Part shown: positions 13,533 to 25,334 of the stretch, one piece after another | Layout: each line of letters opens with the position of its first letter | Position numbering within the stretch: position 1 is the stretch's first letter | Source: Paecilomyces variotii | Taxonomy: Eukaryota | Strand: one strand, 5' to 3' | Assembly (NCBI GenBank): GCA_004022145.1 | Contig: RCNU01000030.1 | DNA length: 55,313 nucleotides | Position numbers and translations under genes: made by a program | Notes under the pieces: model-generated | What the model was told of the DNA's origin: nothing | Databases searched by the model: none | The model's input: only the letters and a program-made list of their open reading frames with translations

Positions 13533-15650
13533 CTATATTTAGTTATCTGACGACCGTTTCTACCTGCCGACTGTTTTTTTTAAAACTCCCTTAATTAATT
13601 TAACTACCTACTAAACTACTAATATAGATCCTATTTTATTAGCTCTTAAAGATTTAAAGTCTTTAAAGCCTAGCAAAAAACCTAATTATATAAAAACTGC
13701 AAAAAAATATAGTGTAAACTATATAACCTTAGCGCGACAATATAAAGGCGTCTAGGGCCTATTAACAGTCCAATATAAAAAATAATAATTCCTAAATATT
13801 CAGCAAGAGAAAATATTTATTAAATAGATTAATAGCCTTACAGAATATAGCCTATCTTCTTTATATAAAATACTACAGAACTTTACGAAAAAAATCTTTA
13901 AAAAGGAGCCCGGGAAGCAGGAGCCACTATACTTTATAAAAAGATATAAATAAGACTTTCTATTAGCCTAGAGTATTACTATAAATACCTTATATAAGTA
14001 AGCTAATTCTGCATTTAAATATTTCTTATATTTTAAGTTTATAGATTAAAAGCTTTAGAAATTTAAGATTAAGCTATATAATATTTATAATATAGATAAG
14101 AAGGGTTTTATAATTAGAGTCTTAAAAAAAATAAGAAAATCTTCTCTTATTATTACTATAAATAAATAGAGATAAGTAGTTAATCTAAAATAAAAATAAA
14201 AAATAGATTATAGTACTTACTACTATTTATATAGATAAGACATTTTTATTATTAGCTTTAATCTATAAAGCTGTATTAAAGGAATTATAAGATATATAGC
14301 TTTAAGTATTTAACCCTAAAATTTATAAATACTTTTTTACCTCCTCTTCTAATAGCTGGACTAATAATAAGGTAAGATATCGCTAGCTAGTTAAAATCTT
14401 TAATAGGGAGACTAAGGCGAAGGCAAGTAGAAGCTACCGGCTATTAATCCTTAATAGCTATAACTCCTATACTATAAAATACTTTATTAACTACTATAAT
14501 TATAATAGAATCTTACTGCTATTATTTCCGCCTTATTCTATCTATATATTATAGCTACTTAATATTTCTCTATTTAGCCCGTTGGCTAGAGCCTATAATA
14601 TTTAATTAAATATATAAATAAACAAATACTTAGGACTTAGCTGTTTTAAGAAGAGAGATTTCTTTAACTTCTTTCTCCCTAATTAGGATACTGCTTTTAT
14701 AGTAAAAAATATTAATAATAAATAAGCAGTAATTAGTCTGCACCTATTTAACCCGCAGGTTATTCTTAAGCATTTTTAAAAAAAAAACCTGAAGATAGGC
14801 CTTCCTCTAATAAATTAAGTTAATTAGTATTATCTATAAATAACTAGCGGGGGATTAAAAAGCTTCTATAAGAAGTTCTGAATAATATATATAATAAGAA
14901 GGCGCTAAAGCTTATAAATACTATAATAGACCTATATATTAAAAATATACTCCTTTAGCAATAGAACGCTAGTCTATAATATATTATTTTTAATAAGCAG
15001 TTAAAGCAATAGCCTACTAAAATTTTATAACTTCCTCCCCGCTAATTAGAAGATAATAATACTATCTTCTTTAATCTAACTAAGGTCTAAAAGGCACGGC
15101 AGATTCTAGTAAATAAAAAAGAAGCTAAATAATAATTATAATATTAAAGATAAAAGCTTTAACTTTAGCGGCAGCGGCAGCGAGAAGAGAAACAATATAT
15201 TATTTAAGAAAAGCATAAAATTTAAGAAGTAGACCGTTTAGCTCGCCTATAAGCATAGAAGAAAAATAATGCCTTAAGAAAGAAGAAAAAATAGCAAAGC
15301 AGGCAGCTATTTAGCTTTAAAAAGAATTAAAACAGGCTAATTAGAGCCTAAGGAAGAGATATAAACCTATGAAATAATAGATATTAGAAGAAAATACTAC
15401 TGAATAGGTAGTTAAAGCTAAAGTAATTTCCTTAACAGTAACTAGTTGAGGACGGTAGATATAACTCCCCGAGCGATTTAAGGATTCTAAAAACTAGTCT
15501 AATATAATCTACTATTCGCCTAGATTAAACTCTCTAAATATTAATTAATTTAAACGTATTATTATTAAAATCTAGTAGATTTAATAATTCGGCATTCTAT
15601 AGTAAAAAACGGTCGGCAGGTAGAAATAGTCCGCAGATAACTAAATATAG
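13533..15650 (+). mobile_element. pogo-like Tc1/mariner DNA transposon (2118 bp)
   Basis: ~48-bp TIRs ctatatttagttatctg…tttctacctgccgac; TA TSDs. Transposase from ~13624 reads de-RIPed MDPILLALEDLESLKPGEKPNYTKTAKKYGVNRTTLARRHKG, with DEKGF ~14095 and LILDGHNSH ~14445. Confidence 0.92.
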
Positions 15651-18510
15651 TATAAGGAAATATAAGAATAAAAAAAGGTGCTTTATTTAGAACTGCTATT
15701 TAGACGCAACTTAGTATATTAAATATATAATAAATTTAGTTATTTAGGGTATCTAAGATTAAAGGGCGTTTTTTATATATAAATATAGTAGCTAAAGATA
15801 TAAAAGGATATCTAGGACTATATAGTAAGATATTTAAACTATTAAATTATCTAACGCCTGCAGTAGTTATTAAAAAGAGAGAAGGCTTAATACTAAGTAA
15901 AGACAGGTATTTTATTATTTAAGAGATAGGGAATTAACCTAATTAAATAGTTACTTGTAATATTTAATAGCAATTATTAGATAATTATAATAATTAACTA
16001 TACTATAGGCTAACTAATTATAAAAGCCCTACTAAATATAATAGAAGAAATAATTATATAGTTCTTATATAATAAGATTTATATTAACTATAGTATTTTA
16101 TATAAGATTCTTATAGATAATAATCGCAACCTGCTTATAGGGGCAGTATAATATTATCTTAAGATATTAGAGACTAGGTATAAAATAATAATACTATAAT
16201 ATTTATAGATAAATAATAAGATAGAAAACTTAAATAGCATACTAGAATAAATATTAATAAAATTTCTCTTAGGGAAACTAACTTATTTATAGGATAAATA
16301 CCTTTTATAAGCAGTTTTTATAATAAGGATTAAAAAATATACAGTATTTAATATAAGCCTATTTTACCTAATATATAGGATATACCCCTAGATCTTAAGT
16401 AACAAGGTTAGTATATTAAATAGAGGACGACTAGTTAAGAATAGTAATAAATATCTATAGAAAATAAACTATATATAGTTATTAGCTAATAAATATTTGC
16501 TTAATAGGGCTATATATATATAGAAAATCTAAGATAAAGCTATTATAAAGATAAGCTTTATAATAGAGATATAGGTCTTAATCTATAATAAGACTTATTA
16601 GAAATTATAGTATAACTAGTTTAAACTATATTATATTCTTAAGATATATCTCTTAGGAATATACGCGTTAGAGAAATTAAGTAAATAAGTGCTTTATAAC
16701 CTAATTAATAGATTAATAAAGGTAAAGATTAATAATCTAGAGTAATTATAGATATTATCAGCCTATAATTATACCTTAGTATAATAAGAATAGAAGATTA
16801 AATAACCTATTAAAATATATAATATTATTAATAATAATAAACCTGCTCCTATAATCTATTTAGAATTATTATCTATAATAAGGACTAAATAAAAAGAGCG
16901 CAAATATATAGGAGTATATCTAGGCAAGATAGGGGAGGGAAATAAAATAATTAATTATATATTATAAAAAGGGTAATATATTAAGAAAAATATAAAGGCA
17001 TATAATTAACTTTATCTAGGATTTTAATACAGATAATATTAGGTATATAAAGAAGACTTATTAAACTAAAAATCTACTACCTCTTTAGAGGTATTATTAT
17101 AATTAGAAATAAATAAAGAGATAATAAATATATTAAGAGGAAGTTATAGCTAAATAAGATACTAAAGAGCTAATAAAGATTATCTCTCTTAATTAACTAT
17201 TTATAATAGTTATTAACTACTTTAAGTAGTAAGGTAAATATTATTAATATTAAGAAATATATAATAAAGGAGAAGAATATTTATAAAGATAAAATATTTA
17301 TAAAGAGAATAGCTATAAAAAGAATAATAAATTTAAAGGAAAAGTTTTATTTAAAAACTAGAAAAGATAAAAATATTTAATTATCTAATCTAGAGATATT
17401 AAAATAATCTAATATAGTATAGCCTCTAAACTTATAATAATATATTAAAACTTATATAGCAACTTGCGCAGCTGCTAAAGCAGCTTATTAATATTATTAA
17501 AGTTAAAATTAGCCTTAAAAGATATAATAATAGGAGCTATACTTACTATTAATAATAAATAATTTAATAAAAAAGCTTATTTACTATAGGGGGAGAAGCT
17601 AGGGGGAAGTCCCTAATAAAAAGGAATATTTGCGGGGGTATCTTTAAGATATTAGCTTAAAAGCTACTTAACTAAGATAAGGGGAAACTTATATAGAGGT
17701 ATAATAGAGGTAGTAATTAATCTTTTTATTATTTAAGTCTTTTTTAGTAATATAAGAGGGCTATATATATATTAGCTAGAGCTAACAGTATAAAAGGAAG
17801 AGAACTTATTTATATAAAATATAAGAGAAAGATAGCTAAGGAGAAAAAAAAAAGATCTTAAAGAGTAAGAAGGGGATATTTATATTTCTTATTCTTAATA
17901 TAGCTTATTAGCAGATTATTAAATAATTTACTTATATTATCTCTTCTTTTTATTATTAGAAGGTCTCTCTTCTATTAAAAGATCTCTACCTAAATAAATA
18001 AATTATAAGATTTATAATAGATCTTAAGTAATAATATATATATAAGCAGACTAGAAGCAGGTATTAGAATATATTTAATAAGATAAAGTATCTATATTAA
18101 TTTATAATCTTTAGGGAGAGATTAAGAAAATATTAAAATAAGAATCTGCTACTATAAAGCTATAGATATATTTATTAGTTTTTTATTACTTAGACTTATA
18201 TTAAGAAATAAGGATTAACCTAATAAGAGAGTTATAGAAGATAACCTATAATTATAGATAAAAAGAAGATAAATTAACTATAATTAATAATTTAAATATT
18301 ATTAAGGTCTTAGCTTATAAGTTAATTATAGGAGCTATATTTCTAATTAAATATTAAGACCTAGATTAGAAGTAAGGCTAATCTTATAGAGACCTATAAT
18401 AGCTATTTATGCTATATTAATCTTTATAAAGAAAGAAGATTATCTATATAATCTAGCTGTCTTTAATATTTAATATTAAAAATAATATAATTTCTTTTAG
18501 TAGGGGAGAA

Positions 18511-18707
18511 TATAATATTCTAATATTATATAAAAAAGTATTAGATAGAACTTAGCATAGCTAAGCTTCTTCTTAAACTCCTAAAAAAATCCTCTAACTT
18601 ATAGAATTACCTCAGTTAAGCAAGATTATATATATAAAAAATCCTATATAGATAGATATATTCCTATAGTTTAGAGAAACATACAATCTTTTATAGATAA
18701 AATTATA
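18511..18707 (+). repeat. G2 3' LTR
   Basis: Matches 7917-8116; preceded by the PPT. Confidence 0.88.
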
Positions 18708-19683
18708 TTATTAATAATATAACTATAATAATACTAAAACTTTTCTTATTATCCTCTCTTCTTATTAAATTTTCTCTTATTAAATTCCCTAAGGCAGATA
18801 GAATTAAGGTAATGCTAATAATACTAATTAAACTAAAGGTAAAGCCCTATAATAGTTTATATAGACTAGAAATTAAAGCTATAACTATCTTAATTATATA
18901 AATATAATACTTTACCGATAGAACTCTAATGCGCAAATATTATTTAATAATATTAGACTTTAAAATCTAGGCTAACTCTTAATATAACTATGCTAGTTCC
19001 TATAGTATAATAATTAAAACTAATAATATTAAGTATTAAACTAGTATATAAATAATAATTAAGGCCCTTATTTTTTAGTATAGCCTTAAGCTGCAGCCTA
19101 TATAAGCGCTAGAATAAGGTAAGCTATAAATACTACAGATAGAAACTATAGGCAGTAAAGTAATTATAATATATATAGGTTAAAAATATATAATATAGTA
19201 GCTCTAGATTATTCTAGATTTAATTAATTTTTCTAATAAGTATAATAACTACTATTATTAAAATAGCTATTAAGATAAATATAATAACTCTTAGTATATA
19301 GATTATAATAAAGATAATTAAAATACTTATATTAATTATACTATACTACTAATTACTTCTATATTTAAATATTAACTATATTAAGCAGTCTTCTAATTAA
19401 ATAATAAGCTCTATAATTATCTATATAATATTAATTACTATTAGAAATTAACTATATAGTATATTCTCTTACTATTAGTCTCTAATATTACGCTAGATAT
19501 TATAATATCTAATATTACGCTAAATATTACAATATTTAATGCTATATTATCTATTACTATAGGCGTAGCTATAATAATATTATAATATATAATATTATAA
19601 CTTATTATTGCTAAGTCTCTAGTTAAGTAAGTATTTCTTAGCTATACCTTTTATAGATAGCATTATATTATAGTAAAAGTATA

Positions 19684-19825
19684 TCTTAGAGCTAACGAAG
19701 ATGCTTAATTAAAGAACTATCTAAGGGCTTAATCGAGCTAAACTGATCTATCTGGCTACTACTCTACTAACTAAGCTAGCTGCTAGCGTAGGCGACTACT
19801 ACTAGAGCCCCTAGGGGCATTAAAA
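19684..19825 (-). repeat. C2 3' LTR
   Basis: Matches 25193-25334. Confidence 0.92.
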
Positions 19826-20887
19826 TACCTCCTTTAACTGCGCCGGCAGATAGCCTGATTGCCTAATTAGGTAATTTATTTAAACCCTTTAAATGTCTAG
19901 TTTCCTCAATTTTATAAGCTCCTAAAACTCCTTAAATTTAACATAGTCTAGTAGCTTTATTAGGCTGTCCGCTAGGTTTATTTTACTATTAATTTTTTAC
20001 AGTTTAATTGTATTATTAGCTGTTGCAGATTAAATAAAGAAATAGCAGTTATCTAGCTATTTAGTAATTAGTTTATAACCCCTATTTCTAATTAAAATTA
20101 TAGCATTTACTATATTAGTCTAGACTAGTATAGGGATCTCTAGATTTTATTTAAGACCTAGGGCGTAGGCTAGTTTTCTTATAAATATAGCTTTTTTTAT
20201 TGTAGAATTTAATGCGCAGAATTTAGTAATTATTATTAATAAAGTTACTATTTACTATTTCTTACTAGACTAGCTAATAAGTGCCCTTTTATATAGGATT
20301 ATAAATGCTTTAGTTAACGTCCTATTAGGGTTATCCTAGTAACTAGTATTTATATAAACTTTAATACTTATATTAAGATCTGCTCTTAGTTTAATACTAT
20401 AATTAGAAGCTTAGCAGATATATTATAGTAGATATTTTACTATTTTAATATCTTTATTATTTAAGTTGCTTATCTTTTATTATAAGCGATTTATAGCTTA
20501 GGCTAAGTCTAGCTATATTTTAGTTGCTAACTAGCTTAACTTTCTAATAAGGGTTTAATATTTAATTTTAATATCTTTATTAGCTAGTTTCTCTAAAATC
20601 TTCAGTCTATATATTAATATTATAAGGACTTAAATTTTTATTAGTTTATTATTATAGAAGCCGGAGTTAGCTAAAATAGCTAGTATATAGCTGGCTTAGC
20701 TTATAGTAATTATTCCCTATTTTTAATCTCTATTAAGCTTGCGACTTAGGAAGTTAGAGGGTTTACTAAGGATCTTTATATTAAAATAACTGCTTAAAGT
20801 TATAATAAATATATTAATATCCTTCTTTATAAGTGCTGCTATAAATATATTATTAATATAAATAATAATATACTATTTCTTATTTAA

Positions 20888-21546
20888 TTATTAAGCGCTA
20901 GCGAAATATTTACAATATACTGGGTTTAAAAGTGCTCCACTTTTTCCAGGTCTCTCTGATTGGTCGATTCGTTTTCACCCGCACGTGACCTTTAATTTAA
21001 TTGGTCGATTCATTTTCACCCGCACGTGACTCTAAACTGTTAGGTATTACCGCCTTCTAATTTAGGAAATTAAAATAACTCCTCCTAACCTCCTATATAG
21101 GTTCGCGTCTGCTTTAATTAATTTACACCCTTCGCAGTCCTTACCCCCTGCTTTCTTTTGCCTATTAAAGCTCGCTTTTAGAGCATTTTCTTCTATCTAA
21201 ATACTGGCTTCTTATTAGTCCGTCTGAAATATCGACTATATCAGCTAAATCCCTCCTACCTATCCCTCTTCTGCCTACCTATCCTATATAGACTTCGGCT
21301 TCTTATACTATCTAGCAATTACTAGCTAGCTTCATCTATTAGGTAGTTCTTTACAATATTTATCATCCACAGTTACTACACTAAAAGAACCTGGCAAATT
21401 ACCTGATTAAGCAATCAACCTACCTGCCAGGCTTTGCCAGCGCGCTAGCGCGTCAGCGCCAGCAGCCAGCTTAGTCAGAACAGCCAGCTTAGTCACTACG
21501 CTCAATGATTATTTGCTACGGCCCCTCCTAGCCGTAGCGCACCTAG
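20888..21546 (+). mobile_element. Non-autonomous Helitron (659 bp)
   Basis: Inserted between A and T with no TSD; the empty site is visible in copy C4 at 55288/55289. 5' end TT (RIPed TC). 8-bp-stem hairpin gctacggc-ccctccta-gccgtagc at 21515-21538. 3' end CTAG. Confidence 0.88.
20959..21030. promoter_or_regulatory. Two 31-bp direct repeats, each with a CCAAT box (ATTGG) and an E-box CACGTGAC
   Basis: attggtcgattc(g/a)ttttcacccgcacgtgac at 20959-20989 and 21000-21030. The repeat is directly seen; regulatory function is inferred. Confidence 0.5.
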
Positions 21547-24500
21547 TATAAGGATATATAGATCTTCTTCTAATAGCATAAAACTTATATTATAAAGTTT
21601 ATTTATAAGTATTATATTCTATAGGTTAATAAATTCCTGTAGTCTATATAAGGCGTAGTAAAATAAATAGACTTAATATTTTTTTATAGTAAATTCTATT
21701 AGCTATTATATATAGATTTATTTATTATTTAATAGGGCGTTTAAATAAGTTATAATAATATTATATTAAATCTAATATAACCTATATATAGTAATAAGGG
21801 TTAAGAATAGGTTAATAGCTATCTTGCTTACTATTAAGCTATAATATTATTTATATCTAATAATTTGCTAAAAGTTACTGCAGACTATTTATCTAATTTT
21901 ATATTCTTTTAAAAAGCTATTAGCATTAGTCTTAATATTATATACCTATTTCCCTAGGAAGATTTTAATATCCTTATTATCTAGATAAGGGACTAGTAAC
22001 TAAGTCTGCTTAGCTTTAAGCTTCTATATTTAAGTCTCTATAACTTATCGCTAGTTATTAGCCTATAGGGATTTAACTACTTACTTATAAGTATAAGAGA
22101 CTTTAATTTTATAAGCTTATATAGGTTATAAAGCTAGAGCTAAGATATTATACTGTTTATCCCCTTTAATCTTTATAGTTTTTTTTGCTTAAGCTATTTA
22201 GATATTATAAGCTTACTTATCTCTTAATTAGGTAATTAGCTTTTTATCCTATATAAATTATAATATCTCCTTTATTAGTTCTTTTATAAGCTATAAGCTA
22301 GTTAGATTAATATAATTAATATTTTTATATTTTGTAATATTAGTATTATAGAAATCTTTTTATAATAAATTTAGAGATATTAAGATATTTTTAGATAGAG
22401 CTTAGTTAATTAGCTTATTTATCTAGGTATTTAGGTTATTTATAGCTAGTTAGATAATATCTATATTCTCTTATATTTTTAATAGTTGCTATTTAGTCTA
22501 TTATTTAATCTAGAGTATAAGTAATAAAGTTCTAATATATTATTAAATAATATCTTTAATTATTAAATAGATTAGGTTAACTATTTATAGTTAATTCTTA
22601 ATATATTATCTTAAAATAAGTATTTCTGCTTTATTAGTAGTTAGTGCTAGACCCTTTTATATAGAATTTTTTATAATTATAAGAGTTAATAAATTATTAG
22701 GATTTTTAAAAAATATAATATCTCTAAAATATTTAATCTTGCTTATTTTAAGGATTTAGACTTTATAAATATAGCTATTATCTCCCTTATATCTAATTAA
22801 GTATCTAACTTAAGCGTAAGGTATTATTTTAAATATTTGCTTTCTATCTTCTTTAAATATATAGAGATATATTTAATAGCCCTAAACTTATAGGTATTTT
22901 AAGAAGGGGTTTTTATTTAATATATTAAAATATCTCCTCTATTTTATAATAAAAAGTTTAATCTTATTTTTTTATAGCAGTTAGTTTATAATATAAATAA
23001 TAATCTTAATTATAAATAGTTAGAGATTCTCTAAAAGTCTTAAAGCTATTATTATTATATAAACTAATAAATTAAGATATTCTTTATAGTATTTTAAAGT
23101 ATTATTATCTTTTAAGATTTATAAAGATATTAATTTAACTTTTAATTCTTTAGCTTTAGCTTAAAACTTAAAATTTAAGAATTCTCTACTGCTATTAATT
23201 CTTTTATTATAGATAATTATTTACTAGTAAAATATACTTAATCTTTTTAATAAAGGAGATTATATACTTTAAAGCTTTATCTTTTAATTTTAATATATAA
23301 ATAAATTATATTCTTATAATATTATCTATAATAATAAGATAGTTAATATATCCCTAAACTCCTAATAGCTTTATAGGCTAAGTATCTATATAAAAGAATT
23401 CTATTAATCTTAATATATAGGGCTAAGAGTCTTTAAATATTAGTTACTTTATCTTTATTATATAATATGCTTTATAATAGAAGTCTATATTTTTAGTAAG
23501 TTGGATAGTTATAAGATTTAATTTAATAATAGCTTTAAGCTTTATAATACTAGTATATCCTATTCTTCTATATAAGAGCTTTAATAATATTGCTAGTACA
23601 ATAATCTGCTTATAGAGCTTAAGCTATAGAATATCTCTATTCTTATATATATATCTAATAACCTAATTAATATCTATATTTATTAGTCTATTATTTTAAG
23701 AGTTATATTATATTCTATATAGTATTTTATTTTAGATTATAGAGAATAGATAGTATTTTTACTTTAATATATATAGGGCGTAGATAAGAATGCTATTTAT
23801 ATAATTATTATTAAGCTTAAGGTCTAATCTAATAATATCTTTACTTTTACTTTTACCTAGAATATTATTAATATAGTTATATTTATATTATTACTTTTCT
23901 TTAGAGGTAAAGTCTTTATATTTAATAAACTGGGACTTATTATTATATATATTTCTATATACTCTTAAATCTACTATTTAGCTAATTAGTAGAATAGATA
24001 TTGCTAAAACTATTATCCCTATAAAGCTATTAAAATCCCTTTTCTCTTTATCTTATTTCTATAGACTAGAGTTAACTTTCTTTTAATTTAGCAGTCTAGA
24101 CACTCCTTAATAGACGCTATTAATTAAAGACTTTTTTTTAAGGTAATAGTAATCTATAGAGTTATATTTAAAAATATAGTAATATCTATATTTACCTTTA
24201 AAAAACAGCTTCTTCTTATATATCTTATAAGCAAAGTTTAGAGAGTCTTTATCTAAAGATGGACCCTTTAATAATCTATTTAACTGCCTAATCTCCTAAG
24301 TAAGAGTCTTATTTATAGATATAGCTAAAACTATTTAAGTACTCTTATAAAATCTAGCTTAATTAATAGTTTTAAAGCTAAGTTATTAGAATTCCTCTAT
24401 TATTATATCTATTAGGGATTTAATTTATTAAGCCTATTTAATATAGTAAGAGTTAGTCTAGGCTAATATTTTAGATTTAAACTATTTAAATATTAGTATT

Positions 24501-25192
24501 ACTGCACTAAAGGGCGAGAGGGTTAAGCCTATATTATTTAATTTTATTATGCAATCTCTGAATTTAGTAATATATTATTTAATTATTCTATATTAGGATC
24601 TAATTATCGTAATAACTTATTAAAATATAAAAAGTCTATCTAAAGCTAAGCTGTAGTTAATAATCTTTTTAATTACTTTAATATATTTATCTATATAAAT
24701 TAGCTTATTCGGTATAATTCTTATAATTTTAATTAGCTTATAGTCTATCTAATTACTAATCTAGCTCTTTATTATTAAGCTAAACTTCCTCTATATCTTA
24801 TAGACTTTAGCTCTGTCTTAAAAAAGTATAAATCTCCTAATAGATATATATATTAATTAAGTCTTTATAATCTATAGTTCTAAGGACTTCCTTAATTAGC
24901 TAAAGTTAGTTATTAAAATTATTATTATTAATTAATTATTTAGCTACTACAGGTATTTTATCCTATATAATCTTTAATAGCTTTAATTCTTAACAAATTA
25001 TAACTGCTAGAGCTATTAGGAGGGTTAACGCTAGAGATAGAGTTATTATCTTAAAAAATTAGTCTATTTAGGGGTAAAGATCTGTTAGTTTAACTCCTTA
25101 TCTTAGGTATTATTTAGTTGAAGAATTAAAGCTCTAAAATATCCGGCTTATCTTATTTAAGATAGTAATAAGGCTGAGCCGGGCTTATAACC

Positions 25193-25334
25193 TCTTAGAG
25201 CTAATAAAGATACTTAATTAAAAAACTATCTAGGGGCTTAATCGAGCTGAACTGATCTATCTAGCTACTACTCTGCTGACTAAGTTAGCTGCTAGCGCGG
25301 GCGACTACTACTGGAGCTCCTAGGGGCACCGAAA
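25193..25334 (-). repeat. C2 5' LTR
   Basis: Matches 19684-19825; on the element strand it begins TTTCGG and ends TAAGA. Confidence 0.92.

Larger units (their letters stand above)
7917..18707 (+). mobile_element. Ty3/gypsy LTR retrotransposon G2 (about 6.8 kb of its own sequence, with two nested DNA transposons)
   Basis: ~200-bp LTRs at 7917-8116 (starts tgtaatattc) and 18511-18707; probable 4-bp TSD ttat; PPT agtaggggagaa. De-RIPed RT motifs PWSFPVLFVKK…WRMCIDYRALNK ~10260-10345 and YLDDILIFS ~10615; integrase ~15700-16750. Confidence 0.9.
19684..25334 (-). mobile_element. Ty1/copia LTR retrotransposon C2 with non-canonical LTR termini; carries a Helitron insertion
   Basis: 142-bp LTRs at 19684-19825 and 25193-25334; TSD gtata/gcata; ggttataagccc after the 5' LTR; PPT aaggaggta. 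Motifs: RT IYVDD ~20855, RNase H NLADGLTK ~19965. Confidence 0.93.

Noticed and set aside
19484-19545. 27-bp tandem duplication (aatattacgcta…)
   Set aside because: An ordinary in-frame duplication inside the G1 coding region with no independent significance.
20959-21030. 31-bp direct repeats as a possible CRISPR array
   Set aside because: Only two units with a 10-bp spacer, in a eukaryotic TE context with no cas genes.
20981-21030. GTCACGTG as a yeast point-centromere CDEI
   Set aside because: No CDEII/CDEIII arrangement, it sits inside a mobile element, and RIP-competent fungi have regional centromeres.
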